From Candidatus Babeliales bacterium (GTDB lineage Bacteria; Babelota; Babeliae; Babelales; JANWKD01), in the NCBI GenBank assembly GCA_963722255.1, contig CAVRJO010000001.1, positions 608,001-672,000 of the forward strand: a DNA stretch of 64,000 bases, in the 5' to 3' direction. Below, piece by piece: positions 30,894 to 39,861 of this stretch. Position numbers and translations under genes: made by a program. Positions within the stretch are counted from its first letter, which is position 1. Every line of letters starts with the position of its first letter. The notes below the pieces were generated by a model, which did not search any database, was not told the DNA's origin, and saw nothing but the letters and a program-made list of their open reading frames with translations.

Positions 30894-32600
30894 TTATTCC
30901 GGTTGATCCTCTTCTGATGTTGCAACACGCAAAACCTCTTCAGGCGTTGTTAACCCTAAAGCAATCTTTGCTATACCATCTTGAATTAACAAGGTCATAC
31001 CATCGGCAACCGCTTGTCGACGTATAACTGATGCATCTGCTTTTTCAATAGTTAATTTAGCAATATCATTGGTCATTTCCATAATTTCAAAAATTGCCAA
31101 TCGTCCTTTATAACCATTAACACAGTCTTCACAGCCAACCGGTTTATAAAAGGTTATGGTGGCAGCTTTTTCCTTACTCAATCCTAATAAACGAATGACC
31201 TCATCATCGGGCGTATAGGGTTGCTTCGATTTAGGGCATAATTTTCTTACAAGCCTTTGCGCTAAAACACTCACGACTGATGATGCAATTAAAAAAGGTT
31301 CAATTCCCATATCAATTAAACGCGTAATACTTGCTGGTGCATTATTAGTATGAATAGTCGTTAACACCAAATGGCCCGTCAGAGCAGCTTGAATTGCAAT
31401 CTGAGCAGTTTCAGCATCACGTGTTTCACCGATCATCACAATGTCAGGATCTTGCCGTAAAATAGACCGCAATGCTGCAGCAAAAGTTAATCCAACTTTT
31501 GCATTAACCTGCACCTGTCCAATGCCAGCCATTTGATACTCAACAGGATCTTCCACCGTAACAACGTTTACATCTGGCTTATTAAGTCGGCTTAAAATAG
31601 AATACAACGTCGATGTTTTACCGGAACCTGTTGGGCCTGAAACCAAAATAATACCATTTGCTCGTGCAGTACTCTTTTTTATAACATCAAAATCACGTTT
31701 ACTAAAGCCCAGTTGTTCTAGTGCTCCAAATGTTTTTGATTTATCAAGTAATCGCATAACAATACGTTCACCAAAACTAACCGGTAGCACTGAGACACGA
31801 ATATCAATCGCTTTATCAGCAACTTTTATCTGAATTCTTCCATCTTGTGGTAATCTTTTTTCTGCAATATTTAAATTTGCCATAATTTTAATACGAGATG
31901 ACAATGCAGATTGAACTCGCTTTGGTGGTGTAAATGCCGGATACATAATACCATCAATGCGGTATCTCACTCGTACTTCTTTTTCATAGGGCTCAATATG
32001 AATATCTGAAGCGCCACGCTTAACTGCTTGCACAAAAATATGATTCACCAATTTAATAATGGGTGCTTCGCCAGCCATGGTAAGAATATCTTTATCTTCA
32101 ATATCCTCAAACTCCATCGCTTCAGGCATACCTTTTTCTTCTTCAAGCTCTTCAATCATTTGCTTGGTGCCTTCAAGCGGATAGTAGCGATTAATTCCAT
32201 CAATGATGACTGATGCGGGGGCTACGGCTTTTTGAACATCTCCACCAAGCAACATAGTCAACTCATCAAGAGGTTGAAAGAGTGTGGGATTTGAGGTAAG
32301 CAATGTTGTAACACCATCTATGACCACCGGCATTATACTATTTTGGCGCAAGAACTTAAGAGGAATTTTGCCAAGCAAGGCAGGGTCCGCCATCTTTTCA
32401 GTAACTTTATCTATATAGGGAAGATTAGTTTGCTCTGCATAGGCACGAGCAATATCTTCTTGAGTAACAAACTGCATCTCAATTAAGCAATCAATAAGAG
32501 ATTGACCCGAAGTTTCTATTTTTGTACTACATTCTTGCAGCTGTTCTTTGCTCATAATGCCTTTATCAAGCAAAATAGACGGTATATCTTTTTTTATCAT
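30894..32600 (-). CDS. gspE: Type II secretion/type IV pilus ATPase (GspE/PilB)
   Basis: ASDIHIEP, RLPQDGR, GPTGSGKT, EDPVE, LRQDPD, TGHLVLTTIH. Confidence 0.9.
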   Translation of the reverse strand: MIKKDIPSILLDKGIMSKEQLQECSTKIETSGQSLIDCLIEMQFVTQEDIARAYAEQTNLPYIDKVTEKMADPALLGKIPLKFLRQNSIMPVVIDGVTTLLTSNPTLFQPLDELTMLLGGDVQKAVAPASVIIDGINRYYPLEGTKQMIEELEEEKGMPEAMEFEDIEDKDILTMAGEAPIIKLVNHIFVQAVKRGASDIHIEPYEKEVRVRYRIDGIMYPAFTPPKRVQSALSSRIKIMANLNIAEKRLPQDGRIQIKVADKAIDIRVSVLPVSFGERIVMRLLDKSKTFGALEQLGFSKRDFDVIKKSTARANGIILVSGPTGSGKTSTLYSILSRLNKPDVNVVTVEDPVEYQMAGIGQVQVNAKVGLTFAAALRSILRQDPDIVMIGETRDAETAQIAIQAALTGHLVLTTIHTNNAPASITRLIDMGIEPFLIASSVVSVLAQRLVRKLCPKSKQPYTPDDEVIRLLGLSKEKAATITFYKPVGCEDCVNGYKGRLAIFEIMEMTNDIAKLTIEKADASVIRRQAVADGMTLLIQDGIAKIALGLTTPEEVLRVATSEEDQPE

Positions 32601-32830
32601 TATCTGCCCCCACCACACATCAATTGAATAACCATTGTAGAAAACTTTCACTCTAAAACAATTTCTTTTAGCATACTACCTTACACAAATAAGATACCAG
32701 ATTTTTTATTTTCTGTGTGAATGATGTGTATAAATAGTTTCAAATATTGGGTAGAAATGACGGCCTTGCCGCTTACCTGAAGGTATGCTAAGATAATAAA
32801 GAGAATTCTCTGTTTATACTTTGAGGAATC

Positions 32831-33715
32831 ATGATATCATTAAAATCTAAAATCAACCATTTTCTAGCACTCCTACTCTTAGTTGCAATCCTGCCTTCAT
32901 GCAAACAAGATCAACCTAAAAAAGCCACTCGCCGTATGCAACAGCGCCAAACAAAAGGTGTTCCGGATAAAAATAAGATTACACAACCGGCTGTTGCTCG
33001 TAAAAACCCTAAAACGCTCTCCATGGCGGAACTCCAAATAGCAAAAGAGTATAGCGAAGCCCTTGATAACAAAGCTCAAACCATCGTTTACCTTGAAAAT
33101 ATGGTAAAGCAATGTTCAGATCCGGCAATGCTTAAAGAAATTTATCTAGAATTAGCAGATTTGTATTTTGAACAAGGTTCTATGGATCTTGCTGCTAAAC
33201 TTTATTCTTCTTATGTTGCACTTTACCCTGGAAGCCCTGAAAGAGCGTATGTACATTACCAAGCAATCTTGTGTAGATTTTATACTACCTTTAGCCATGA
33301 TCGCGATCAGACAAAAACTGAAGAAACTCTACAACTCACACAATTGTATATGGATATGGCAACAAAACAGGGCGAACTCTATAAAGAATATTGTGATGAT
33401 GTGGCTTCAATACAAAAACAATGCTGTAAAAAACTCTATGCTCACGAACTCGATATTTTTAATTTTTACTACAAAAAAGGTAATTATAAAGCTGCACAAG
33501 TTCATCTTGATGAGATCAAAAGAGTATATCTTAGCCTCCTCAATGAAGAGATTGAACCGGACCTTCTTGCCCTAGAATGCAATTTAGCAACACGATTAGG
33601 CGACACAAAAATGGTTGTAACAAAGCAAGCTGAATTACAAGCAAAATATCCTCATTTGTCAACCTTAAAACTTGCAGCAAATAATCCTAAAACAGATCAT
33701 GTTACGCGATTCTAA
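32831..33715 (+). CDS. bamD: BamD-like TPR lipoprotein
   Basis: Lipobox ILPSC; TPR helices with YPGS, DRDQTKT and FYYKKGNYKAA. Confidence 0.7.
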   Translation: MISLKSKINHFLALLLLVAILPSCKQDQPKKATRRMQQRQTKGVPDKNKITQPAVARKNPKTLSMAELQIAKEYSEALDNKAQTIVYLENMVKQCSDPAMLKEIYLELADLYFEQGSMDLAAKLYSSYVALYPGSPERAYVHYQAILCRFYTTFSHDRDQTKTEETLQLTQLYMDMATKQGELYKEYCDDVASIQKQCCKKLYAHELDIFNFYYKKGNYKAAQVHLDEIKRVYLSLLNEEIEPDLLALECNLATRLGDTKMVVTKQAELQAKYPHLSTLKLAANNPKTDHVTRF

Positions 33716-34094
33716 AATAGTGTCAACCAGATCAGTGTTAGGCAATGCGGGAGAGCAAGCCGTAGGAGATCTGTTACAAAAAAACGGATTTACTCTTATA
33801 TGTTATAATTTTCGTTCTCGTGGTGGTGAAGTTGACATTATAGCACGACGCGGTGAGCTTGTTTGTTTTGTTGAAGTAAAAGCACGTACGAAAGATTATT
33901 TTAACAGCTCCAATCTTATTACTCCCTCTAAGCAGAAAAAGATCATTTACACTGCACGATTATTTTGCCTCAAAAAGAAGATTTCCGATGCTATTCTTCG
34001 CTTCGATGTTGCTTTGGTAAGACCTGTTGGTACCACTTTTGATATTACTTATATTCCTAATGCATTTTGCCATGAAAGTATGAACAGCTTATGA
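33699..34094 (+). CDS. yraN: YraN family protein
   Basis: GNAGE, NFRSRGGEVDII, FVEVKAR, RFDV. Confidence 0.92.
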   Translation: MLRDSKIVSTRSVLGNAGEQAVGDLLQKNGFTLICYNFRSRGGEVDIIARRGELVCFVEVKARTKDYFNSSNLITPSKQKKIIYTARLFCLKKKISDAILRFDVALVRPVGTTFDITYIPNAFCHESMNSL

Positions 34095-34726
34095 AAAACG
34101 AACTTATTAAACGATGCATTACCGGTACTATGCTTGGACTTGGATTATGGTATCTATTCTTTTACGCACAACCAATAGTATTTTCTGCGCTATTGCTATT
34201 CATTCTCGTTCTGATTCTTTTTACCGAAATGCCGCGTATTTATAATTACAAAAAACCAATTGCCTGGATTGCCACACTGCTATATCCTATTGCTCCTTTT
34301 CTTATGCTCATAGGATTTAATCAACACAAACACACACGGATGCTTGTTTTTACTATTTTTGTACTCAGCTTTGCCAATGATGTTGGTGCCTATTTTATTG
34401 GAAAACTTTTGGGTAAGCATAAACTCTGCCCTTCATTAAGTCCTAAAAAAACAATTGAAGGTTTTATTGGCGGATGGATTGCCATCCTTATACTCTTTCC
34501 ATTCTTTTTCTCCACCTCAATGCCTTATGCAGTTCTTGGTAGTTTTATCTGCGCAGCTGTCGCCACTCTTGGCGATCTTTTTGAATCCTGGTTAAAGCGT
34601 AGAGCGCGCGTTAAAGATTCTGGGGCTCTACTTCCCGGCCATGGCGGACTACTTGATCGTTTTGATAGTATTTTGGCAGTAACAATCCTTATTTATTTGT
34701 GCAAAAATCTTTTAGCGTTCAGATAG
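34091..34726 (+). CDS. cdsA: Phosphatidate cytidylyltransferase
   Basis: SPKKTIEG, GDLFESWLKR, KDSGALLPGHGGLLDRFDS. Confidence 0.93.
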   Translation: MKNELIKRCITGTMLGLGLWYLFFYAQPIVFSALLLFILVLILFTEMPRIYNYKKPIAWIATLLYPIAPFLMLIGFNQHKHTRMLVFTIFVLSFANDVGAYFIGKLLGKHKLCPSLSPKKTIEGFIGGWIAILILFPFFFSTSMPYAVLGSFICAAVATLGDLFESWLKRRARVKDSGALLPGHGGLLDRFDSILAVTILIYLCKNLLAFR

Positions 34727-35008
34727 TAAAGCGTAAGTAACAGAAATCAGGGTACTTAATTTAGGGTTTCCCGTTGCCGATAGCGTCTTATAAAGGCTTT
34801 CTCGACCCAGACCTGTTTTTATTGCCAATTTAGAGATCCCACCTTGCGCTTCTGCTATATTTTTAAGCGCTAAAAGTAAAAGCTTTTGAGCTTCTTGCTC
34901 ATCACAACTCTTACATTCTTCTAGAACCGCATTAAAGTAAGCTTTTGCTTCTTTAGGTTTTTTTATTGACTGAATTAATAGTTCATTTAAATTTTTACTT
35001 CTTGCCAT
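34712..35008 (-). CDS. Addiction-module antidote protein (HTH antitoxin)
   Basis: AEAQGGISKLAIKTGLGRESLYKTLSATGNPKLSTL. Confidence 0.88.
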   Translation of the reverse strand: MARSKNLNELLIQSIKKPKEAKAYFNAVLEECKSCDEQEAQKLLLLALKNIAEAQGGISKLAIKTGLGRESLYKTLSATGNPKLSTLISVTYALLSER

Positions 35009-35334
35009 AGTTTTTTCCTCTCACTTGATAATCATGTAAATATTCTTGAGCTTTCTCAATATCCCTTTTCTGTGTTCTTTTGGTTCCACTACACAAGAGT
35101 AAAAGAATAGTAGCACCTACTACACTATAATAAATTCGATAACCGGGCCCCGAATCTATCTTTATCTCACTAAATTCCATTTCCAAGTAATTTACAACAG
35201 CTGAAGTTGCCAAGCCCTACTCTTTCAAGCTTAGCAATAATTAAGTATTTAACCGTGCTATCTTGCTTTTCAAGCCATTCATAGAATGGCAAACTTTTAT
35301 TTTTTGTTTCATAAATTTTTATAGTATAACTCAT
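34995..35334 (-). pseudogene. RelE/ParE-type addiction-module toxin with +1 frameshift near 35172
   Basis: MSYTIKIYET...PFYEWL...LGNF, then SEIKIDSGPGYRIYY...LLLCSGTKRTQKRDIEKA. Confidence 0.8.
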
Positions 35335-35482
35335 TATGGCTCCTCACTCACCACCTATTGTATTCTAAAGGATACAATAACGCAATAGTTTTATTATAGG
35401 GGTAAAAAAATCGACAAATATGATATTTTTGATAGAATTATAGAGCAAATCATGATTTTTTATTTAAAATATAAGGAAAAAA

Positions 35483-35584
35483 ATGTTCACAGCTAAAAAA
35501 TTTCTTTTAATATTTTTTGCAACAACATCTTTTTTGCCTTTAAAAGGTATGGACGTATCTGAAAGGATGGTCAAGCCTTCATAA
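35483..35584 (+). CDS. 33-aa ORF that is mostly signal peptide (remnant or small secreted peptide)
   Basis: RBS AAGGA; MFTAKKFLLIFFATTSFLPLKGMDVSERMVKPS*. Confidence 0.35.
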   Translation: MFTAKKFLLIFFATTSFLPLKGMDVSERMVKPS

Positions 35585-35594
35585 AAAGGCAACA

Positions 35595-36176
35595 ATGCTT
35601 AAAAACTTATTTTTAAGAATCTGCTTAACATTCATAATTGCGGTTAATTTTTCTCATTCACAAAGTATGAGTTTGAAAGAGTTGGCTACCAGTGAGCCTG
35701 CAAAAATTTTCTGCGCTACAACAGCACTTTTAGGAAGTTCATTACTTTGTCCTATTATTGCAAAATGTGAAATGAAAAGAATACAATTAGAATTTGAAGA
35801 TAAAACTTACACCCAAATTATACGTACAGAAGCTCCTAACCTATTATCAAGATTTCTTAAAGAAAGCCTTCCAATTAGTTTAGTAACAGCAGGTTATTCT
35901 TATTTTGATTTTTCACCAAAAATTACCCTTTTAAGCTTGATTACATCTGGAATAACTGTAGCCCTATTTTCTATATATGATCACGGAAACTCGTATCAAA
36001 AAGAAGCTCCTGACTATCCTGGTGGACTAGAAGCAAAAGTTAGGATGGTTGGTCACCTAATGAATTTTCCAGATAGACTTCATGAGGCTTTATCAATTAA
36101 CTTGTTTCTTTTTATCCCTTATCATCTATTTTCAAATTTAAAAAATAGAATAATTTTGCGTCTATCTGCTAACTAA
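35595..36176 (+). CDS. Hypothetical membrane protein with signal peptide
   Basis: 193 aa ORF with several hydrophobic segments. Confidence 0.7.
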   Translation: MLKNLFLRICLTFIIAVNFSHSQSMSLKELATSEPAKIFCATTALLGSSLLCPIIAKCEMKRIQLEFEDKTYTQIIRTEAPNLLSRFLKESLPISLVTAGYSYFDFSPKITLLSLITSGITVALFSIYDHGNSYQKEAPDYPGGLEAKVRMVGHLMNFPDRLHEALSINLFLFIPYHLFSNLKNRIILRLSAN

Positions 36177-36315
36177 TTCAAAAAATTATTCTCATTTTTT
36201 ATTCACGTGATCCTTCCCTCTGGCATAATAGAGCCGCCACTAAAGCGATGCCGAAGTAAATAGCTTCGTTGAGCAAGCTCTACCTATTTGGCTTAAAAGG
36301 AATTTAATATTACTT

Positions 36316-36510
36316 ACTGGATTTCCGAGCCGACGCTTATCCAGGCTTTCCTACTTCGCTCTTATGGAGCTTCCGACGTCGCTTTATTACTTTGAGTATG
36401 CAAATCTCTAGTTATACAAGCTATGACAGACATGTCGAAGGACGTGTACGGCTTGGCAATCTATGGCGGACACGCACGCACTTCACTACGAGAAGCTCCT
36501 CTGAATGACA
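36316..36510. repeat. Palindromic-element arm with nested REP-like insertions
   Basis: ACTGGATTTCCG...CTCTGAATGACA ends; the interior resembles the reverse complement of 38009..38040. Confidence 0.45.
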
Positions 36511-36613
36511 ATGGTGTTTATAATATTGTTGTGTGCTTTGTGCTATAGCTACGCAATTGTTATTCATGTTTGATGCTATCGCCACAATAGAAAATGATGC
36601 TATAACCCTCGAT

Positions 36614-36772
36614 TGTCATTCAGAGCTCACGCTATTCGTGAGCGTGGAATCCAGTAATAAAAATTGAAAGTCCAAATAAATCTTTCAAGATTTTAAAACA
36701 TCAAAAAAATTAATTTTTTTTCATAGGATTTTATTATTTAACTGGATCCCACGCCTGCGGCTCTGGATGACA
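36614..36772. repeat. ~160-bp MITE/REP-like palindromic element, copy A
   Basis: TGTCATTCAGAG...GGAATCCAG, AT-rich core, CTGGATCCCACG...CTCTGGATGACA; near-identical to 50921..51077. Confidence 0.85.
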
Positions 36773-36862
36773 GTTTTGCTTTTATTATTTTTTTACAAGG
36801 CATACATTTATATGCTAAAAACAGGATTTAAATGAACCTCACATCTATAAATATCTCCGCGA

Positions 36863-36937
36863 CATGGCGGATTGCTTGATAGTATTTTAGCCGTAACAGT
36901 TTTGGTGTATGTATGCAAAGCATATGTGAAAATCTAA
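36863..36937 (+). pseudogene. Diverged duplicate of the cdsA 3' end
   Basis: Reads HGGLLDSILAVTVLVYVCKAYVKI* versus cdsA HGGLLDRFDSILAVTILIYLCKNLLAFR*. Confidence 0.75.
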
Positions 36938-37166
36938 AAAACAACATTCGCAAACTATGGAAATGTATTTAGCATTCATTGTAAAATAAAAAATATGGTA
37001 TAATAAAGCACTTAAATTCGATATGAAAACTACATTTAAAAATTAATTGCATAGTATTCTTGTAAAAGAAAAATAAACTAATAATGTCATTGGAAGCACA
37101 TGTATCCTGTCCATCAAAGCCTTACGCAAAGTCGAATGACAACCCAGTCATAAAAGAGAACAATCA

Positions 37167-37888
37167 ATGGTTAAAAATAATAATACCCACATAAAATCAA
37201 TATCATCGCAAGAATATACCAAAACCCTAGCTTATCTTAAAAAACAGATTCAAGAATCTCAAATAAAGGCTATGATCTCGGCCAATAAAGAACTCATTAA
37301 GCTCTATTGGACCATTGGGGAAACTATCGCAATAAAACAAGAAAAAGATGGTTGGGGAGCAAATGTTATTGAAAAACTGGCCAAGGACCTTCAAACTGAA
37401 TTCCCCGGTTTAGCAGGTTTTTCCAGATCGAATATCTTTCGAATGCAAGCACTCTTTGCAGCTTATGAAAAAGTCACACAAGCTGTGCGACAAATTTATG
37501 ACCTTCCGATATTTAATATACCTTGGGGACATAATGTAATTCTCATTCAAAAGATAAAGAATACTGAAGAAAGGTTATGGTATGCTCGTAAGATGTTGGC
37601 CAACTTAATTTTTATCTATCTGCAGTAGATGATTTAATTCGGAATCCAGAAAATAAACCAACTATTGGATTATTGTTATGTAAAACAAAGAAAAACTTTA
37701 CTGCTGAATATGCTTTACGAAATATCAGTTCACCAATAGGCATAGCAGAATATCAGACAGAGATAATAAAGAAGTTACCTAAAAATCTTAAGAGTAGTTT
37801 ACCAACAATTGAAGAAATTGAAGCCGAACTGGAAAAAACAGAAGCCATAGCAAAACTTGAGCAAAAATCTACAAAAGCAAAATTATGA
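37167..37888 (+). pseudogene. YhcG/DUF1016 PDDEXK nuclease-like gene with internal deletion and frameshift
   Basis: ANKELIKLYWTIG, GFSRSN and IPWGHN, then a jump to GQLNFYL...PTIGLLLCK...EYALR. Confidence 0.85.
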
Positions 37889-38008
37889 ACTTCTACAGCA
37901 ATGACAATCGTGAATCTATTGCTATTCAAAAGCATTTTTATTATCGAACTCACGTTAATTTATTTCCTTTGAGCCCAACCGTTGAAGGATTCGCAGCACG
38001 TACGTGCG

Positions 38009-38040
38009 CGTGTCCGTCGAAGCCTTGGCGAAGTCGGAAG
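38009..38040. repeat. REP-like GC-rich palindrome
   Basis: CGTGTCCGTCGAAGCCTTGGCGAAGTCGGAAG; degenerate relatives near 37107 and 36350-36450. Confidence 0.55.
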
Positions 38041-38165
38041 AATCCGCCTTTTGGGCGACAGAGTGATACATAAGAGATTCTTCTCTTATGTGCCCTTGTT
38101 AAAGGTATTGGGCAAGCAATACCTTTATAAATAAAAAATTTTAGTAATAATTTTTAACAAAAAAA

Positions 38166-38216
38166 TAGGACTTTTATTTTAATTACTGGATCCCACGCCT
38201 GCGGCTCTGGATGACA
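38166..38216. repeat. Single arm of the MITE/REP-like element
   Basis: TAGGACTTTTATTTTAATTACTGGATCCCACGCCTGCGGCTCTGGATGACA. Confidence 0.8.
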
Positions 38217-38291
38217 ACTTTGCGATTACTATCATTTTTATCATTACAAAAAAGTGGGTATGCCTTAGTAAATATTATTATAAAAAAAATT

Positions 38292-39545
38292 TTATTGTTT
38301 TAAATAATCTGCAACTGCAACTTGATCAACAAGCTCTTCTTGTCCCGTTACCATCTTTTTAACCATAACTTTTCGTTGCGCTTGTTCTTCAGAGCCAATA
38401 ATAAGAACATGCGCAGCTCCCATTTTATTTGCTCGTTTCATCTTATTCTTCATTGAATCATCATCAACAAAAAGATCAACGCATATATCTTGCGCCTGCA
38501 ATTCATCAGCAAGCAATAGGGCAAGCGATTGTTGTTCAGCGCCCATGGGGATGATAACCTGTAATGGCGGTTCTTGCTCTAAAGGCAAACTATTCACCAT
38601 AGGCTCAAGAAGAAGAATTAAACGTTCAATACCACATGAGGCACCAACGGAAGGAACATCAGGTGAAGCACCTAATTGCGATGCAAGGCGATTATAACGT
38701 CCACCACCACAAAAGGCAGCTTGAGCGCCCAGATTAGCACTTGAGAACTCAAAAACTGTTTTATCATAATAATCAAGGCCACGGACTAATAACGGAGAAT
38801 AGCTAAATGAAATAGAAAGCGTGTGTAATGCATCCTGCACCTGGTGCCATTCATGCTCACATGAAGCACAAAGATTATCTGCAATATGAGGAGCTTTACG
38901 ATATTGCTCTTGGCATGTTTCTACCTTACAATCAAAAACTCGCATAAGATTATGTTCTTTGCGTATTAAACAGTTTTGACATAAAGCATCCTGCACTGAA
39001 CTTACATAATCATACAATATGGTTCTAAATCGTGCGCGATCATCAGCACAACCCAAAAAGTTAATCATTAATGCATAGGTGTCAAGATTAAACTTTTCTT
39101 GAAACATTCGATCTAACATTTTAATAAGTTGAACGTCTTGCGCCACACTCGAGGAACCAATAACCTCAAAAGTAGCTTGATGAAATTGTCGGAAACGACC
39201 TTTTTGAGGGCGTTCATAACGAAACATAGGCCCGATGGAAAAAACTTTCCAAGGAGTTACAATTTCTTGAGAATGCTCTAAATATGCCCGCATCATTGCT
39301 GCAGTTGCTTCCGGACGAAGGCAAAGTGAATCAGGTTCAGCTTGATTACCAACCAAAAACATTTCTTTACTCACCACATCAGTTTGCAGTCCCAAAGATC
39401 GTTTAAATAGTTCAGTATGCTCTAAAATGGGTGTCTCAATTTGTTTAAAATGGTAGATGCGCATCTGCTGCTGAATTATATTCGTTATAAAATTAAAAAG
39501 TCGTAAATCCAAAAAATCATGTGTTCCTTTAACGCGAGAAACCAT
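38292..39545 (-). CDS. hisS: Histidine--tRNA ligase
   Basis: LRPEATA, FRYERPQKGRFRQFHQ, LVRGLDYY, GGGRY, GIERL. Confidence 0.97.
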   Translation of the reverse strand: MVSRVKGTHDFLDLRLFNFITNIIQQQMRIYHFKQIETPILEHTELFKRSLGLQTDVVSKEMFLVGNQAEPDSLCLRPEATAAMMRAYLEHSQEIVTPWKVFSIGPMFRYERPQKGRFRQFHQATFEVIGSSSVAQDVQLIKMLDRMFQEKFNLDTYALMINFLGCADDRARFRTILYDYVSSVQDALCQNCLIRKEHNLMRVFDCKVETCQEQYRKAPHIADNLCASCEHEWHQVQDALHTLSISFSYSPLLVRGLDYYDKTVFEFSSANLGAQAAFCGGGRYNRLASQLGASPDVPSVGASCGIERLILLLEPMVNSLPLEQEPPLQVIIPMGAEQQSLALLLADELQAQDICVDLFVDDDSMKNKMKRANKMGAAHVLIIGSEEQAQRKVMVKKMVTGQEELVDQVAVADYLKQ

Positions 39546-39627
39546 ATCCAGAGCCTTTATTATAAGAGTATGAAAGCGCAGACAGTACACCTATAAGTTT
39601 ATCAGATTAAAAAAAAATTATAAATTT

Positions 39628-39798
39628 TTTAAAAAATAGTTGACATTGCTTCGAATAAACTGTTACAACACGTTCAAAGAGGTGTAATAAAATTATAAAA
39701 AAGGAGCGGCCTATGAAATAAATTGGTATCGCACTATACAACCTAAAAAAAAGAAATTTAAAAAATAGTTGACTCTTCATGATTAAAATTGTTAGTAC
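39628..39798 (+). promoter_or_regulatory. Duplicated sigma70-like promoter upstream of the Cys-rich gene
   Basis: TTTAAAAAATAGTTGAC at 39628 and 39757, each followed at the same spacing by TGTTAnnAC. Confidence 0.5.
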
Positions 39799-39861
39799 AT
39801 ATAGTGAGAAAAAAGTAAGTAAGGTAATTTTCTTTTTAACACTTCCAAAAAAGGAGTATTT

